Positions 11,990-24,260 of a stretch of DNA of 64,000 nucleotides are shown piece after piece. The translations under genes were made by a program, and so were the position numbers. This DNA comes from Podarcis tiliguerta (lineage: Eukaryota). Where the stretch lies: NCBI GenBank assembly GCA_965153285.1, contig OZ229115.1; one strand, written 5' to 3'. A model generated the notes under the pieces. The model was not told where the DNA came from. It worked only from the letters and a program-made list of their open reading frames with translations, and did not search any database. Positions within the stretch are counted from its first letter, which is position 1; each line of letters opens with the position of its first letter.

Positions 11990-12205
11990 CCTGCTGGTTT
12001 TTTAATTCACCTAGGGACTGCAGAGTTTGCAAATGTTTACACCATTACCCAATTAACTAACAATATGGCTCCTACATCTGTCAACAAACAAAGCTGTTGT
12101 TGCTTTGTTTTAGCTGCTTGGCATTTTCTGTTCATATGGGTCGCCATTGTACTTAATTATCACGCCAGATCCCGTCTGCAGCATTTACTTTGTTATTTGT
12201 AGTAT
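11990..12205. promoter_or_regulatory. Candidate intronic enhancer / conserved non-coding element
   Basis: Cluster of four Sox-type, one Fox, two E-box, one Meis and several homeodomain motifs within about 200 bp. Confidence 0.45.
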
Positions 12206-12459
12206 GTAAATATGTTGCTTTAGCATGGAAAACAGAAGCTTTATTATCACTCCTCTGACCAAAAGATAGGCTTTAGATGGCAAGCAAAAAACCTGAAAGC
12301 AGCAACAACTGAAAGGAGAATTAGAAACAAGTTATCTCTGGGCATATTCAGGCAGTACTTTCCTCCTGAAATTGTATCCAGGATGACAGCAAGAACAGTC
12401 TTCATGAACAAGGTCTTCTTCCCTCCCATGCCCTCTTCACCACTTTCTGATACCTGATA

Positions 12460-12463
<4 letters not shown>

Positions 12464-12495
<32 letters not shown>
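12464..12495. repeat. (GT)16 microsatellite
   Basis: Read directly. Confidence 0.97.
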
Positions 12496-12502
<7 letters not shown>

Positions 12503-13173
12503 ATCTGATGCCCTGCAACGTTATTTTTACATTCTTTGAGTTCAAATAACAGTTCTCTGTTGAAGTAAATCAAACACCATAATTTATCCCACACTTCTAA
12601 ATCCTGAAAATTACCGTAAGTTCAATACTACCACATTTCTCCTGAAGGCTCAAATATTTACATCAAAAGCCATTTCCTAATATTAGGGACATTCCTAAAA
12701 TGGCTTATATTTCTGCCTACAGTTCAACCTCAGTTAGCAGTGAGCCACTGGGATTCATTATTAGCCAATTAGATATGACCACCTGCGGCTTGTCCAAAGA
12801 CCTCATCTTAGTAGAGTCAATCTTGGGAGAATCATCCTTAAATTTTAAATTTCTCTTATTAGTCCCTGGCTTTCCTAGGGCACTTGAAGGGTTGTCTCGA
12901 ATGGTCTTTTCCTCTTGACTGTGGATTTGGCTGTAACCTTCACAATCTCCCTCTTCACCCAAGAAACTTTGTTCTATGAGCATTATATTTAGCTCAGTGA
13001 CCAGGAGTGAAGGGGGTTATAGTGCAACAACAGCTGGGGACCCCAGTTTGAGAAACATTGAAGCTGATGGTTAAATAGTATTTATATATAAAGAAGAATT
13101 ACTCAAATAGTATACATGTAAATGTATTCAATAACTTAAGGGTACAATATACTATCAACTAAAGTAACTAAAA

Positions 13174-13527
13174 GGGACGCAGGTGGCGTTGTGGGTTAAA
13201 CCACAGAACCTAGGGCTTGCCGATCAGAAGGTTGGTGGTTCGAATCCCCGCAACGGGTGAGCTCCCGTTGCTCGATCCCTGCTCCTGCCCACCTAGCAGT
13301 TCGAAAACATGTCAAAGTGCAAGTAGATAAATAGGTACCGCTCCGGCGGGAAGGTAAACAGCGTTTCCGTGCACTGCTCTGGTTCGCCAGAAGTGGCTTA
13401 GTCATGCTGGCCACATGACCTGGAAGCTGTACGCCGGCTCCCTTGGCCAGTAAAGCTAGATGAGCGCCGCAACCCCAGAGTCGGTCACGACTGGACCTAA
13501 TGGTCAGGGGTCCCTTTACCTTTACCT
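13174..13527 (+). mobile_element. Full-length Sauria SINE (tRNA-derived)
   Basis: A box GGTGGCGTTGTGGG, B box GGTTCGAATCC, (TTTACC)n tail, perfect 14-bp TSD taaagtaactaaaa (13160-13173 and 13528-13541). Confidence 0.93.
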
Positions 13528-13584
13528 TAAAGTAACTAAAATTATCCCGGTTCTTATCATTCCATTGTATCATATATTGTAAGA

Positions 13585-13918
13585 AGGGTGGCGCTGTGGT
13601 CTAAACCACTGAGCCTCTTGGGCTCACTGATCGGAAAGTCTGCAGTTCGAATCCCCATTACAAGGTGAGCTCCCGTTGCTCTGTCCCAGCTTCTGCCAAC
13701 CTAGCAGTTCAAAAGCATACCAGTGTGAGAAGATAAATAGGTAGAGTTGGGTTAAAAAGGTAAATGGCATTTCCATGCACTCTGACTTCCGTCACGGTGT
13801 TCAGTTGCGCCAGAAGCAACTCACATGACCCGGAAAGCTCTCTATGGCGAGCGCTGCACCCCATAGTCACTTTTGACTGGACTTACTGCCCAAGGGTTAT
13901 TTACCTTTACCTTACCTG
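13585..13918 (+). mobile_element. Second, more divergent Sauria SINE
   Basis: A box GGTGGCGCTGTGG, B box AGTTCGAATCC, TTTACCTTTACCTTACC tail, 10-bp TSD tattgtaaga (13575-13584 and 13919-13928). Confidence 0.9.
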
Positions 13919-16682
13919 TATTGTAAGATGCTGGTAAACATTTGCATTGAGGGGAAAATCAATAGAAAGAAAGAAAGTTCTAAATCATACTGGAATTGCT
14001 AGGAGAATAGTAGCTGATACATACTCAGTGGTCCACCCCCATTGTTGGGCAGATAATAAGCAGCAGAATATGGCTCCCTATGTTACAGCTCCGTTCCAAT
14101 TTGAAGCACCATACCTCTGGGTAAAGCTATTTAGGCTACAATGGCTGAAACAGTAATATCAATAGAAGCCAATAGAAAGTCTCCAGTCACTTTCAGTGGA
14201 TCATGGACTGTGTTTTCCTGGGTTGGGGTATTATTTTTGTGTTTTTTTATATATTAAATTTTTGTATCTTTATTTAGGCTCTTATGATTTATATGGAAAT
14301 TGTTCAATTTGGTTGTGTACTTTTGATGTTTTCTTTCTTGTTTATTACTGCTTCTGTTATGTTTGTATGTTTAATTTTTTTTTTTGTATGTTTTAAGTCA
14401 CCAAGAGCATGGTTTGAACTTTGGGAAGGCAGCATACAAATAAATGATTGACTGAATGACTTATTGATTTTCTAGGGCTTCTATCAGTATAGTGGATTTG
14501 TATTCAAATACATTTCTTAATAGAGCTCATCCTCTCCAAACCCCTATTTACATATTCACCTTAGCTGACCCTGCACGTAACACCAAATGCTCACACCCTG
14601 TACAACAGCAATTTACTGCTTCCTACATACAGCTCCTTATGCACACTGATCCAGGAATAAAATGTAAAGTGAAATAATGGCAAGCAGCCTAGTCAGGTCA
14701 TTTAAAGTAATGATAGGAATATACAACTATTGTAAGTCAAACATGAGTAACAAGGATCATACTCATTACTTTCGTTCACGCCCTAGAACAGGATTCTGTT
14801 CTCAAGCAGGCAAACTTCCTTTGCCATTTACACATGCTTGAATTACTCTGGTGAATCTAGTGGACAAAGAATCCTTTAACTTTCTTTCCTAATCCCCCTT
14901 ATCAAGGTGTAAGTGCTGTGAAAATCACTTAAATGCACACCTGGTGGAGGACAAAATCTTTTTCAAAATCTGTATTATCTCAGTATGACACAAACGAGAA
15001 CAGTCAATTCATTCTGTCTGATAAAATAATAATCTCTACGTATACTAGGATTCTGTAATTAAGAGCTTCAAACAAGGGTCCAAATAAACACACACTTTGA
15101 AGAGGTGCAATTTGATCTGATTTAGCAACACTCATCTGCCAATGGTTTTTATTGGCAATCTGAAATGTCCAAGAATAATGGGAAAAGAAATATATAATGT
15201 GTACTTTAATAAAAATGGGTTATTTTTTTTAACAATGCTGGTCATAATACAACACTTTAAAACAACTGGGTTATTCAAATTGAATGTGTGTGTGAATTTT
15301 AAGACCAGGAATCACGTAAGTCTACGACCAATCAACTATATTTCTTCTAATTAAATAAAAATAAATATTAAAGTACTTCAATACAATTACATCTTGAGGA
15401 AATTTGATTAAGACAGCCCTTCCTTTAGAGAAAATATTTATGGTTAGGAAAATCATTACTGTAGCCTGCCCTGGGACCTTAGGGTGAAGGGCAGGTAGTA
15501 ACAATAAAAATGGTTTCCATCACTTTGATATTATATAAAACAGTCTCCAAAGGTTTGTATTGTTTTATGGTTGTCAACTGTTTTGTTTTATACAGTAGTT
15601 GTATATTTTATTATACAGTAAAGGGGGCACAAGAAATCAAATAAATAAATGCAGATTCTTTACAATACCCTCTCCCTCAACCTGGTGACCACCAAAGATT
15701 TTTGACTCACAAGTCCCACCAGCCCTGGCCAGCATAGGCAATGGTCATGGAGATGCTGACGGTAGTCATGGAGTGCAGCAGGTTGGGGAAGTCTAGTTTA
15801 CAACAGTGCTACCAGAAATGAGCTTTTGAAGGAGACCACTCCAACTGATTCAAAGTCACGTTTTAAAAATACTGTTTAGGAAAGAAGGAGTTGCACAAGT
15901 TCAGTTATACATATTTTCAGCATGAATGTTCTTTAAAAATTGTTTTTGATGGTTTTTTATTTGTCGCCTTGTGCTTCTTTGGGGAAGAAGGGTGTGGGAT
16001 AAAAATCTATTGAAAATCAGTCCACTAAGACCTGTCAGTCTTGCAGATGTGCGAGCTAAGTTGTGCAAATGTTTTTTCCGGCCAAAAATTACAAGCATGG
16101 GTCATAGAAAAGGATTTATGAGGAATAAACAAGTTTCAGGGGAAATTATAGCACATTTGCTCTATTCCTTATTTTACAGGGTCTGATTGGACACGTCCTG
16201 AAATCGCTATGCTAAATGGCATCCAGGTGGATTTTTGCTGAATTGGCAAAATGTCCAGGAAAACCCGGATGTATGGTAAGTAGAGCTATTTTTAAAAAAT
16301 AATAATAATCAGGGAAAATAAAAGGTAAGCCCCAAAATGATATTTGGGGGGGGGGTATGTTCAATGTATGCAAATAGCTTGGTGCTACTGTCTTTTACTC
16401 ACCTAGGCTTGAAGAAATTTCTTAAAATGTTTTAATGCTCTGATGGAATTTCTATTGTGTATTTTAATTATGGGTGAATTTTATAGTTGCAAACTACTTA
16501 AAGGCCATTTTGGCACATGTAGAAATCTAGAAGAACAGAAGTTTTCCCCTAGAACGCCTATAGATTATGCCATCTGGATAGTAGATACCTATCTCCCAAT
16601 GGATTTGCATCTGGAATTTGAAACAGGTGGAGAATATAGGGAAATGTCCTTTATGTGATGGTCCAAGGGGAAATTCCTTTAA

Positions 16683-16742
16683 ACATTTTGTCCAGTTTGA
16701 CAACCTATTCAGACATTTTGTCTAGTTTAACAACCTATTCAG
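16683..16742. repeat. 30-bp tandem duplication
   Basis: acattttgtccagtttgacaacctattcag followed by acattttgtctagtttaacaacctattcag (2 mismatches). Confidence 0.9.
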
Positions 16743-17275
16743 ATGAAGAGATTGTTTGGTTTCCGTTAAAAGACATTTACCCATTTGCTACAAACAGAAC
16801 AACATTGTAAGCATTAGCGACAAGACAAAATGGGAAGAACCAAAGTAGCCTCATATGTGATTTAAGAGTTTTCCCCCCAGTTTCTTGAAAACGGGGACTT
16901 TTCATAGTATTTGGAGGAAATATTTAGTAGAATTATACAGTGTTTCAACTTTTATTATCCATCTATTTTATTGTTCATCTTTATTGTTTTAGCACCCTGA
17001 GCTCCTTTGGGGAGGAAGCTTGGGATATTAATTTAACTAAAAGGATATGTTTATGTGTTGGAAACTTTACACTGGCACTTCATTTTTACAGTTGTCAAGG
17101 ACAACAGCTGGCACAATGATTTTGCTGAGGAATGTTGATAATGATGACAACAACTGTGAATTTTGAGTGCTTCTAAAATGAAATCTAGTGTAACATTTTC
17201 CTCTGTGGGTTGCTAAGGGTCAGTGCACTATGCACTCACTTTATAGGCTTGTGAATTATTTCAGTTCAACATATA

Positions 17276-17745
17276 CCGTATTTTTCGCTCCATAGGACGC
17301 ACTTTTTCCCCTCCAAAAATGAAGGGGAAATGTGTGTGCGTCCTATGGAGCGAATGCAGGCTTTCGCTGAAGCCTGGAGAGTGAGAGGGGTTGGTGCGCA
17401 CCGACCCCTCTCGCTCTCCAGACTTCAGGAGAACCCCAGCGCCAGCCCCACAAGGTCGGGAGACAGCGGGGAGGCGGAACGCCGCCATCCCGCTGTCCCA
17501 AGACCTGATCTGCATGCGGGCGGCGGGGAGAAGCGTGCTTCTCCCCGCTGCCTGCCCCGCAAGCTCCGGGGACAGCGGGGAGGCGCAGCGAGCCTTCCCC
17601 CTGTCCCCGGACCTGATCTGCATGCCCCCGCTGCCTGCCCCACAAGCGCCTGGGGGGGGGGATAATTTTTTCTTTCTTTATTTCCCCCCCAAAAAAACTT
17701 GGTGCGTCCTATGGGCCGGTGCGCCCTATGGAGCGAAAAATACGG
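17276..17745. mobile_element. Tc1/mariner-superfamily MITE, family B (470 bp, GC-rich core)
   Basis: TA TSD; TIR CCGTATTTTTCGCTCCATAGG / CCTATGGAGCGAAAAATACGG; internal hairpin 17367-17428 and a duplicated unit of about 110 bp. Confidence 0.92.
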
Positions 17746-20467
17746 TATGCATTGTAAGATGCTAAGAAAATATTTTATTCCCTCCATTTTCTGAGCATGA
17801 GAATATCTGAAGCCATAAGTGAAAGTACCTGTGCTGAACTGTGAAAAAAGCTATATATGAATGTTTTCAAACCAAACAGAGTTTGAGAAACAGAGGACTA
17901 AATATAGATTGTATGCTAAGAAGGGATTGGCCTTTAATTTGAACGCACATTTCTAGTTATCAATGTAGGGAAGTGTTTCTAAAACATTTAGAATGGTGAA
18001 CAGAAGATGTGCAGATGCTACAATATGACTGACTGATATACAGATTAAATCAATAACATGTATACAAAAATGCAGTGGCAATTTACAGATTCTTAAAGAG
18101 TTCTGGCAGTGCAAACCCCATCGGAATGAACAGGGCTAGAGCTGAAGGATCACTTTGAGGATCAGAGCCTTATTAAGATGCATTTACTTGTCCAATTACC
18201 AAAACAGCAGGAGATCATTAAATTTTCTAGTTAGCAGACACAGCAATGTTAATATCTTAATGTTGCCAAGGCTATTTCTTGGCATTTTGCTACTACACTT
18301 TCTTTCTTCTAGCAAAAATTCATAAAATAAAAGCTAAGCATGAGAAAAAAAATAACACATACGCACACACCCCAAGATTGTTTAACAGGTGACCCAAAGA
18401 GGCAACTTCCCCCAGCACCGTCTGAGAATGATCAGACAACACACTAATCAAATAAAGTTTGAAACCAGTTGAGAGAAAGGACCATAGTGAAAATTGGGGG
18501 TGGGTGGAAGAGAGAAGAGACTGGTGGTGCATTTGAACAGAATACTTTCATCTTGTAGACAACTGTATGTAGTGTTCAACATGTTTAGTTGGTCATTTTC
18601 TGAGAAACGAACTGTCAAATTAAGATGCCTACTGAGTATTTAGCACTCAGCTTAGACTATTCAATATTTCTTTTCAGCTCTAGAAGCAATTTAGAAAAAG
18701 GTGGCAGGTTGCAATCATACACTCACTCACTGGAACTTATTTCTGTGTAGACATATATTATGAAAAGTGTCAATACAGAAGAGGGAGATTTGTCTTTATC
18801 ATGTTACTAAAAGTATGTCTGGGATCATTGGCAGTGGGTTCAAGACAGAATAAAGGAAAACTTTTCCCCATAAATGTATGGAAATTACTAATGCAAGTTG
18901 TTATTCTGGCTGCTAACATAGATGGATTTTTTAAAAGAATTATCAACAAAATTATGGAAGCTAGATCGATGACAATTAGTCATGAAAGCATAAACAAAAA
19001 CAAATTGTGCATGGTCAACAGCAGTAAGCATTTGAATATCAAATATTGGAGACAAATAACAGCATAGTCATTCCTTCCATAGGTATCCTGATGGCTACTG
19101 TGGATAGTAGACTAATTCAGAAATACACAATTCCTGAATTCAGAAATAGGATACACATTGCAATATAGCTTCTTGCTTGCAACATCAAGCTCCCCTCTGT
19201 AGTGCATAAACTGTACAAAACAACACCAACACCTGCTTCTTACCAAAAACAAAACCAAGGAAAGGGAAGAAGGGTGAAGGCGGAAGTGTTTTTAATCTTT
19301 AACCTGTATTTTATAGTCATGCCATTGCTAGACACAATCTGGCTCTAAACCAGCCTAAATCCTTCTCTTGAGTGGATGAACTATATTATTTCAGTCAGAT
19401 TAAATTTATTTTAACTACTCCTTTGTAAGGGAGGAAAGAGAGATAGTTACCCCCCCCTTCTTGTTTATTTAAACTGCTGTTGGAATTGACTAATTAAAGG
19501 GATTTTTAAAAGCATAATACTCTAAACAGAGCAAACTGGTTCTGAATTATTAAGCAACATTTTAGATGCATTTGAATAACCTTAAGTGACTTAACTGCCA
19601 CCTGATCCTAAGCTACAGCTCAGATAAATAAATGTGAAATACTGTAGACGTCCTAGCTTACTAAGGCTTCCAGATACAGTAAATAAAGAGCTTAAGTCCC
19701 CAGTACACAGTCTGTAAAAGACATACTCTCTGATAAATGGAGTTCACTGGTGTACTTTTAAAGAGGAAATGCAGGGCAGGGGGGAAAACAGGGTTTAATT
19801 TTTATTACAAAGGAAAATTGCAGGTGCAGACTGTTAAGACATACCAGAGCTCTTGGGAGATGTGAAGGAGCCTTGTCTGTGTTTCAAATGCCATACAAAA
19901 ACCCAGTGTCATAACCTCTCTTGAGTGGTCAACTCCACCTCTCTTGAGTTGTCACCTTGGCAATAAAAGGATATCATTTCTCACAGGCAAAAGAAACAGT
20001 CAAACATTATCTTTATTAGAGCCACCTAAAAGGTCACAAACAGTGATCAAGCTTTCAAGTTTTCAATGGCTTGCTCACTTCTCTAAGATCTTTTAGGTGG
20101 TCCTCATAAAGATACTACTGCACTGTTTCTTTTGGATTTTTTTTTTTTTTAATGGGCGAACATGGCTTTCTACAATTTCCTTCTGCTTTGGAGATTTCCT
20201 GCACCATATATGTCTAATTACATGGAATTGCTGTTCTTCCACTCACTGAAGATCTTTTGACTGACTGATTGATGTTTTTGTAAATGGAAGAGGAGGGAAG
20301 GCAATTTTGGTTGGCCTGCCATTCACCCTGCAGCCTCCCACGTCACCTTTCACCTTGTCATAGAGGGCTCAGTCCCTGACTTTCCCTCTGCTAAGTGAGG
20401 AAGGTCTGCAGGGTGCTTCTACTCTTCACAAAAGCAGGAACTTTGAAACAGATTGTGCAAGACTTTC

Positions 20468-20653
20468 TACTCAAGGTGGTATACATGGCTCTCACCTTCC
20501 TAAATTAATCCTCACAACCACCCTGTTGGGTAGGTTAGGCTGAGAGGCAGTGACTGGTCCAAGGTCACCCAGTAAGCTAAATGGCAAAGTGGGGATTGGA
20601 ACGCTGATCTCCTGGGTCCTAGTTCAACACCCTAACCATTACACCACACTGGC
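20468..20653 (-). mobile_element. MIR-like/CORE tRNA-derived SINE
   Basis: atcctcacaaccaccctgttgggtagg...ccaaggtcacccag...taaccattacaccacactggc is a reverse-oriented tRNA head plus core. Related copies near 30545-30690 and 44630-44730. Confidence 0.7.
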
Positions 20654-20990
20654 GCTACTCAACACGGAGAGGGTTGAGGACTGAGGGAGAGCAAAAGGTG
20701 CAAGCACACTGTAAGAAGCCTTGCATGCATGCTCCTACCCCCATCCCCACTTTGAGCATACTCATATATAGGTGAATGTTGGAACATGCGTCTAGGTGCA
20801 CTTCTAAGTACGTCTGAGCATTTGAACACATACTTTAAATAAGCGTATAGAGCTGTTAAATACCATCTGAAATGAGGACCAGGCAACGTTAAGACTTCTG
20901 TGGAAACAAGCACTGAACTCTCCTCTCTTTTCTCTTTCAGATGCTGGCACCAACTTTGAACCATAACAAATGGTAATGGCAAAGGATGTA

Positions 20991-21232
20991 CAGTGGTACC
21001 TCGGGGTACATACGCTTCAGGTTATATACGCTTCAGGTTACAGACTCCACTAACCCAGAAATAGTACCTCGGGTTAAGTACTTTGCTTCAGGATAAGAAC
21101 AGAAATTGTGCTCCGGCAGCACGGTGGCAGCAGGAGGCCCCATTAGCTAAAGTGGTGCTTCAGGTTAAGAACAGGTTCAGGTTAAGAACGGACCTCCGGA
21201 ACAAATTAAGTACTTAACCCGAGGTACCACTG
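20991..21232. mobile_element. Tigger/pogo-like MITE, family C (242 bp)
   Basis: TA TSD; TIR CAGTGGTACCTCGGG / CCCGAGGTACCACTG; repeated TTCAGGTTA motif. Confidence 0.93.
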
Positions 21233-21963
21233 TACAAGTATTCCACAGCATTCTAATGCTCTTTAACCTTGTTATACAGTTGCAAACAACTCCAAGTTGT
21301 TAATGATTTCAAAATGGAGTTGTAAGCATTTATTGTATATTTTTATTGAGTCAGAGAGTAAGGAGGAGTTGGCTTAACCCTCTACACCAATGCAGGTAAT
21401 ACCTATCATAGTGTCTTTCCCATTTTAGGTGCTTCAGGATGTCACTGATATTTTAAAAGCTACAAGTTATCTCTAGAATAAGTTAATCTTTGTATTTACT
21501 GTAGAAGTTTGTATTTACAGTAGGGTTATGATACTGACTTTGTCAGCCAAGGATATATGTTAAAGTGACTGGAATGTACAAGAAGGAATTAATGAATTCA
21601 TATTTACTGGAGACGTGAACCTATTTCAATATTTATTGGGATACCTAGACTGGTGGCCTTACTCATATTTTGCTACTGACAAACCATTTTGTCAAAGCAG
21701 TGTGCTGTATTCTAAGCCACATCAAAGTTTCCATAATTTGAGATGTCTAGAAGAGCAATGTTACATCTCATTTTGGGTGTGCTGAATTTGTACAATTCTT
21801 AGCAACAGATTTCAAATTACATTGATTAAGGGCAACTAGACCAATGCTGCACTAATCCTGTCTACTACTGAGGCAACTGGACTAATGTCTCTTTTGTTGC
21901 ACTAATCAACAATCAAACTATCGCAGCATGTTAAGGCAAGTGACTGTTTAATCCAACCAAGTA

Positions 21964-22551
21964 CCGTATTTTTTGCCCCATAGGACCCTCCGTCCCATAG
22001 GACGCACTTAGTTTTTTGGGGGGGAAATAAAGGGGGAAAAAATTCCTTTATTTCCCCCCCAAAAGCAGGTCGGGGAAACCGAACCAGGTCGAGGAACAGT
22101 GTGATGGCGGCGCTGCGCCTCCCTGCTGTCCCCCGAGCTTGTGGGGCTGGCCAATGTCTGCCCAATGGGCGGGGCGCTCTGCTTCAGGGCGCCCCGCGCG
22201 CCCACGGCAGGCTGCTATCCGCAGCGTGGGGAGCCCTGTGGGGAACTCCTGCAGGGCTCCCCACGCTGCGGATGTATGCCCGGCGCGAGGGCCGCTCTGC
22301 TTCAGGGCGCCCCGCCCGCTGGGCGGCAGGCTGCTATCCGCAGCGTGGGGAGCCCTGCGGGGAACTCCCGCAGGGCTGCCTAGGCTGCGGATGTCTTCCT
22401 GAAGCCTGGAGAGCGAGAGGGGTCCGTGTGCACCGACCCCTCTCGCTCTCCAAGCTTCAGCGAAAGCCTGCATTCGCCCCATAGGACGCACCCAGATTTC
22501 CCCTTCATTTTTGGAGGGGGAAAAGTGCATCCTATAGGGTGAAAAATACGG
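21964..22551. mobile_element. Tc1/mariner-superfamily MITE, family B (588 bp, inverted relative to 17276-17745)
   Basis: TA TSD; CCGTATTTTT...AAAAATACGG TIRs; shares subterminal segments with 17276-17745 but has a different duplicated core unit of about 119 bp. Confidence 0.92.
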
Positions 22552-22744
22552 TAAAAAGCAGGGGCAGGCTTCTTCGTACTTGCCCCCTCTATTTTAAGTG
22601 ATGGCAAAGGGAGTGCTACCATGGCATTCTGTGATGTCAATATATAGCCAAATCTCATTGGCTAAATAGTACAGTAATGCCATCACTCTGGGAACATATT
22701 CTCTGAATGGCTGGGTGTTTGTATGTGTATGTGAATGAGTGACA

Positions 22745-22790
22745 GAGTGAGTGAGTGAGTGAGTGAGTGAGTGAGTGAGTGAGTGAGTGA
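22745..22790. repeat. (GAGT)n microsatellite
   Basis: About 11 units read directly. Confidence 0.97.
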
Positions 22791-24192
22791 CAAGAGATTC
22801 TGTGAATATTCTTCCTGCTCAAAGCTTCTCTTATGCATAGAAAATATCAAAGCCATCCAAATTACTGAACACTTCTACTACGTTAAGCTACTACTATCCT
22901 ATTTGCCCGGTTGCTGCAGATCCATCTGCTTATGCCCCAGTAACTGCAGCATATTGCACTGACGGTGTAAGTTAAATCAACTCACACACTATCGGGGGCA
23001 AAGCTAAAGTGGCTGCCTAAGGACATTATCTTCTGTATTTTTTCAGGGTAGAACATGAGCAGATACTACTTGCAACAAGTCCCCTTTAACCTTTCACAAT
23101 CGGTTAAATAAATACTCGATCATGACATTACACAGTCAGAATTAAACTAAGAGTACAAATGGGACTTAAGAATGTTGCAGGTTATAACTTTGAATAAAAA
23201 GTTATACCATTTGATGGCATTCTTCCTTCCACAGTGTCACAGAGATCTAACGCAATGGAATACTATTAAAATTTAAATTTAAAAAAGCAAAGGCTACTTT
23301 CTGAAGGCAATTGCTTTTGTATGAGGTGGTAACACTATTCTTAAAGCATACGAAAACTGTTAAAGAAGATCTTTAGGTATTTAGAGAAACATCATGCTTT
23401 AGCTATAAAATCTTTGCTTCAGCTTTTTTCAAGGAAGGAAGAAGATCTGTAACATGGCAGCCATCTCTGAATGGTTTTTTCCACTTTGGTTCCACTGAAA
23501 ATGAGATTACATGCTTGGATGGGGATAAACCTAATTAGCGGATAATGGGATTCCTTCACAGACATTTTATACTATCTACAAGAGTTGACTCATCTGCATT
23601 ATTACACGTTTCTTGGCTGTTTTGAGGGGGGAAATCCTGTAAAACAAATGCAACGAGCACAAATCCTTCGTTTTGTAGGAATTGTCTGTCATTTTGAACT
23701 GCAAATTCCCAAGACATAATAAACAGGGCAGAGAAATTAAAACAGAGTTGTATCATTATTTTTGTACTTCAGTATTATGAAGAATTAACACTTTCTGGAG
23801 CACTTTTCAATGTACAAAGAACTTTACAATTCTTATTCTTATCCTGTCAGGGGATTTCGGTCTAAATATAGTGATACTGTTAGAAGCGCAAAGTTAAGAA
23901 GAGGCTTGAGCAGACTATGCTAGAAAGACCCTTGAATAAACTGAATGGGGATGGACTCAAATTAAAAAAAACACCACTTCAATAGAAGTTAAGCTCAAGT
24001 TCACTTTTTCAGACTTCATAGACCCAGCGGTTTGCTTGAGTACTAAAAAGCACTGGCTTTGTACATATGGTTAATAACTGTAGCTATATGTTTGTTTAAA
24101 ATATATTGCCTTTGATCTTGAGAGAAGAGGGGAGGAGCACTCCCTCCCATGCTGTTCGGGAGGGTCTTGCACTGTTGTGCTCTGCCTTGAGC

Positions 24193-24260
24193 CAGAGCTG
24201 TCAACTTTCCCCACTTTTTAAGGGAAATCCTATTCGGAAAAAGGGAAACTGACAGCTATG
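24193..24260. mobile_element. Minimal hAT-like MITE (68 bp)
   Basis: Ends CAGAGCTGTCAACTTTCCC / GGGAAACTGACAGCTATG; weak 8-bp flanks ccttgagc/cctgaagt. Confidence 0.6.

Noticed and set aside
13174-13260. tRNA gene (A and B boxes)
   Set aside because: It is the tRNA-derived head of a Sauria SINE with tail and TSD, not a cloverleaf tRNA.
16683-16742. CRISPR-like 30-bp direct repeat
   Set aside because: Two abutting copies with no spacer in vertebrate DNA; a simple tandem duplication like those near 19914, 37566 and 48230.
17261-22658. Clusters of 80-160 aa overlapping ORFs at 17261-17787 and 21902-22658
   Set aside because: They arise in the GC-rich, stop-poor cores of non-autonomous MITEs, are open on both strands, and show no transposase or other domain.
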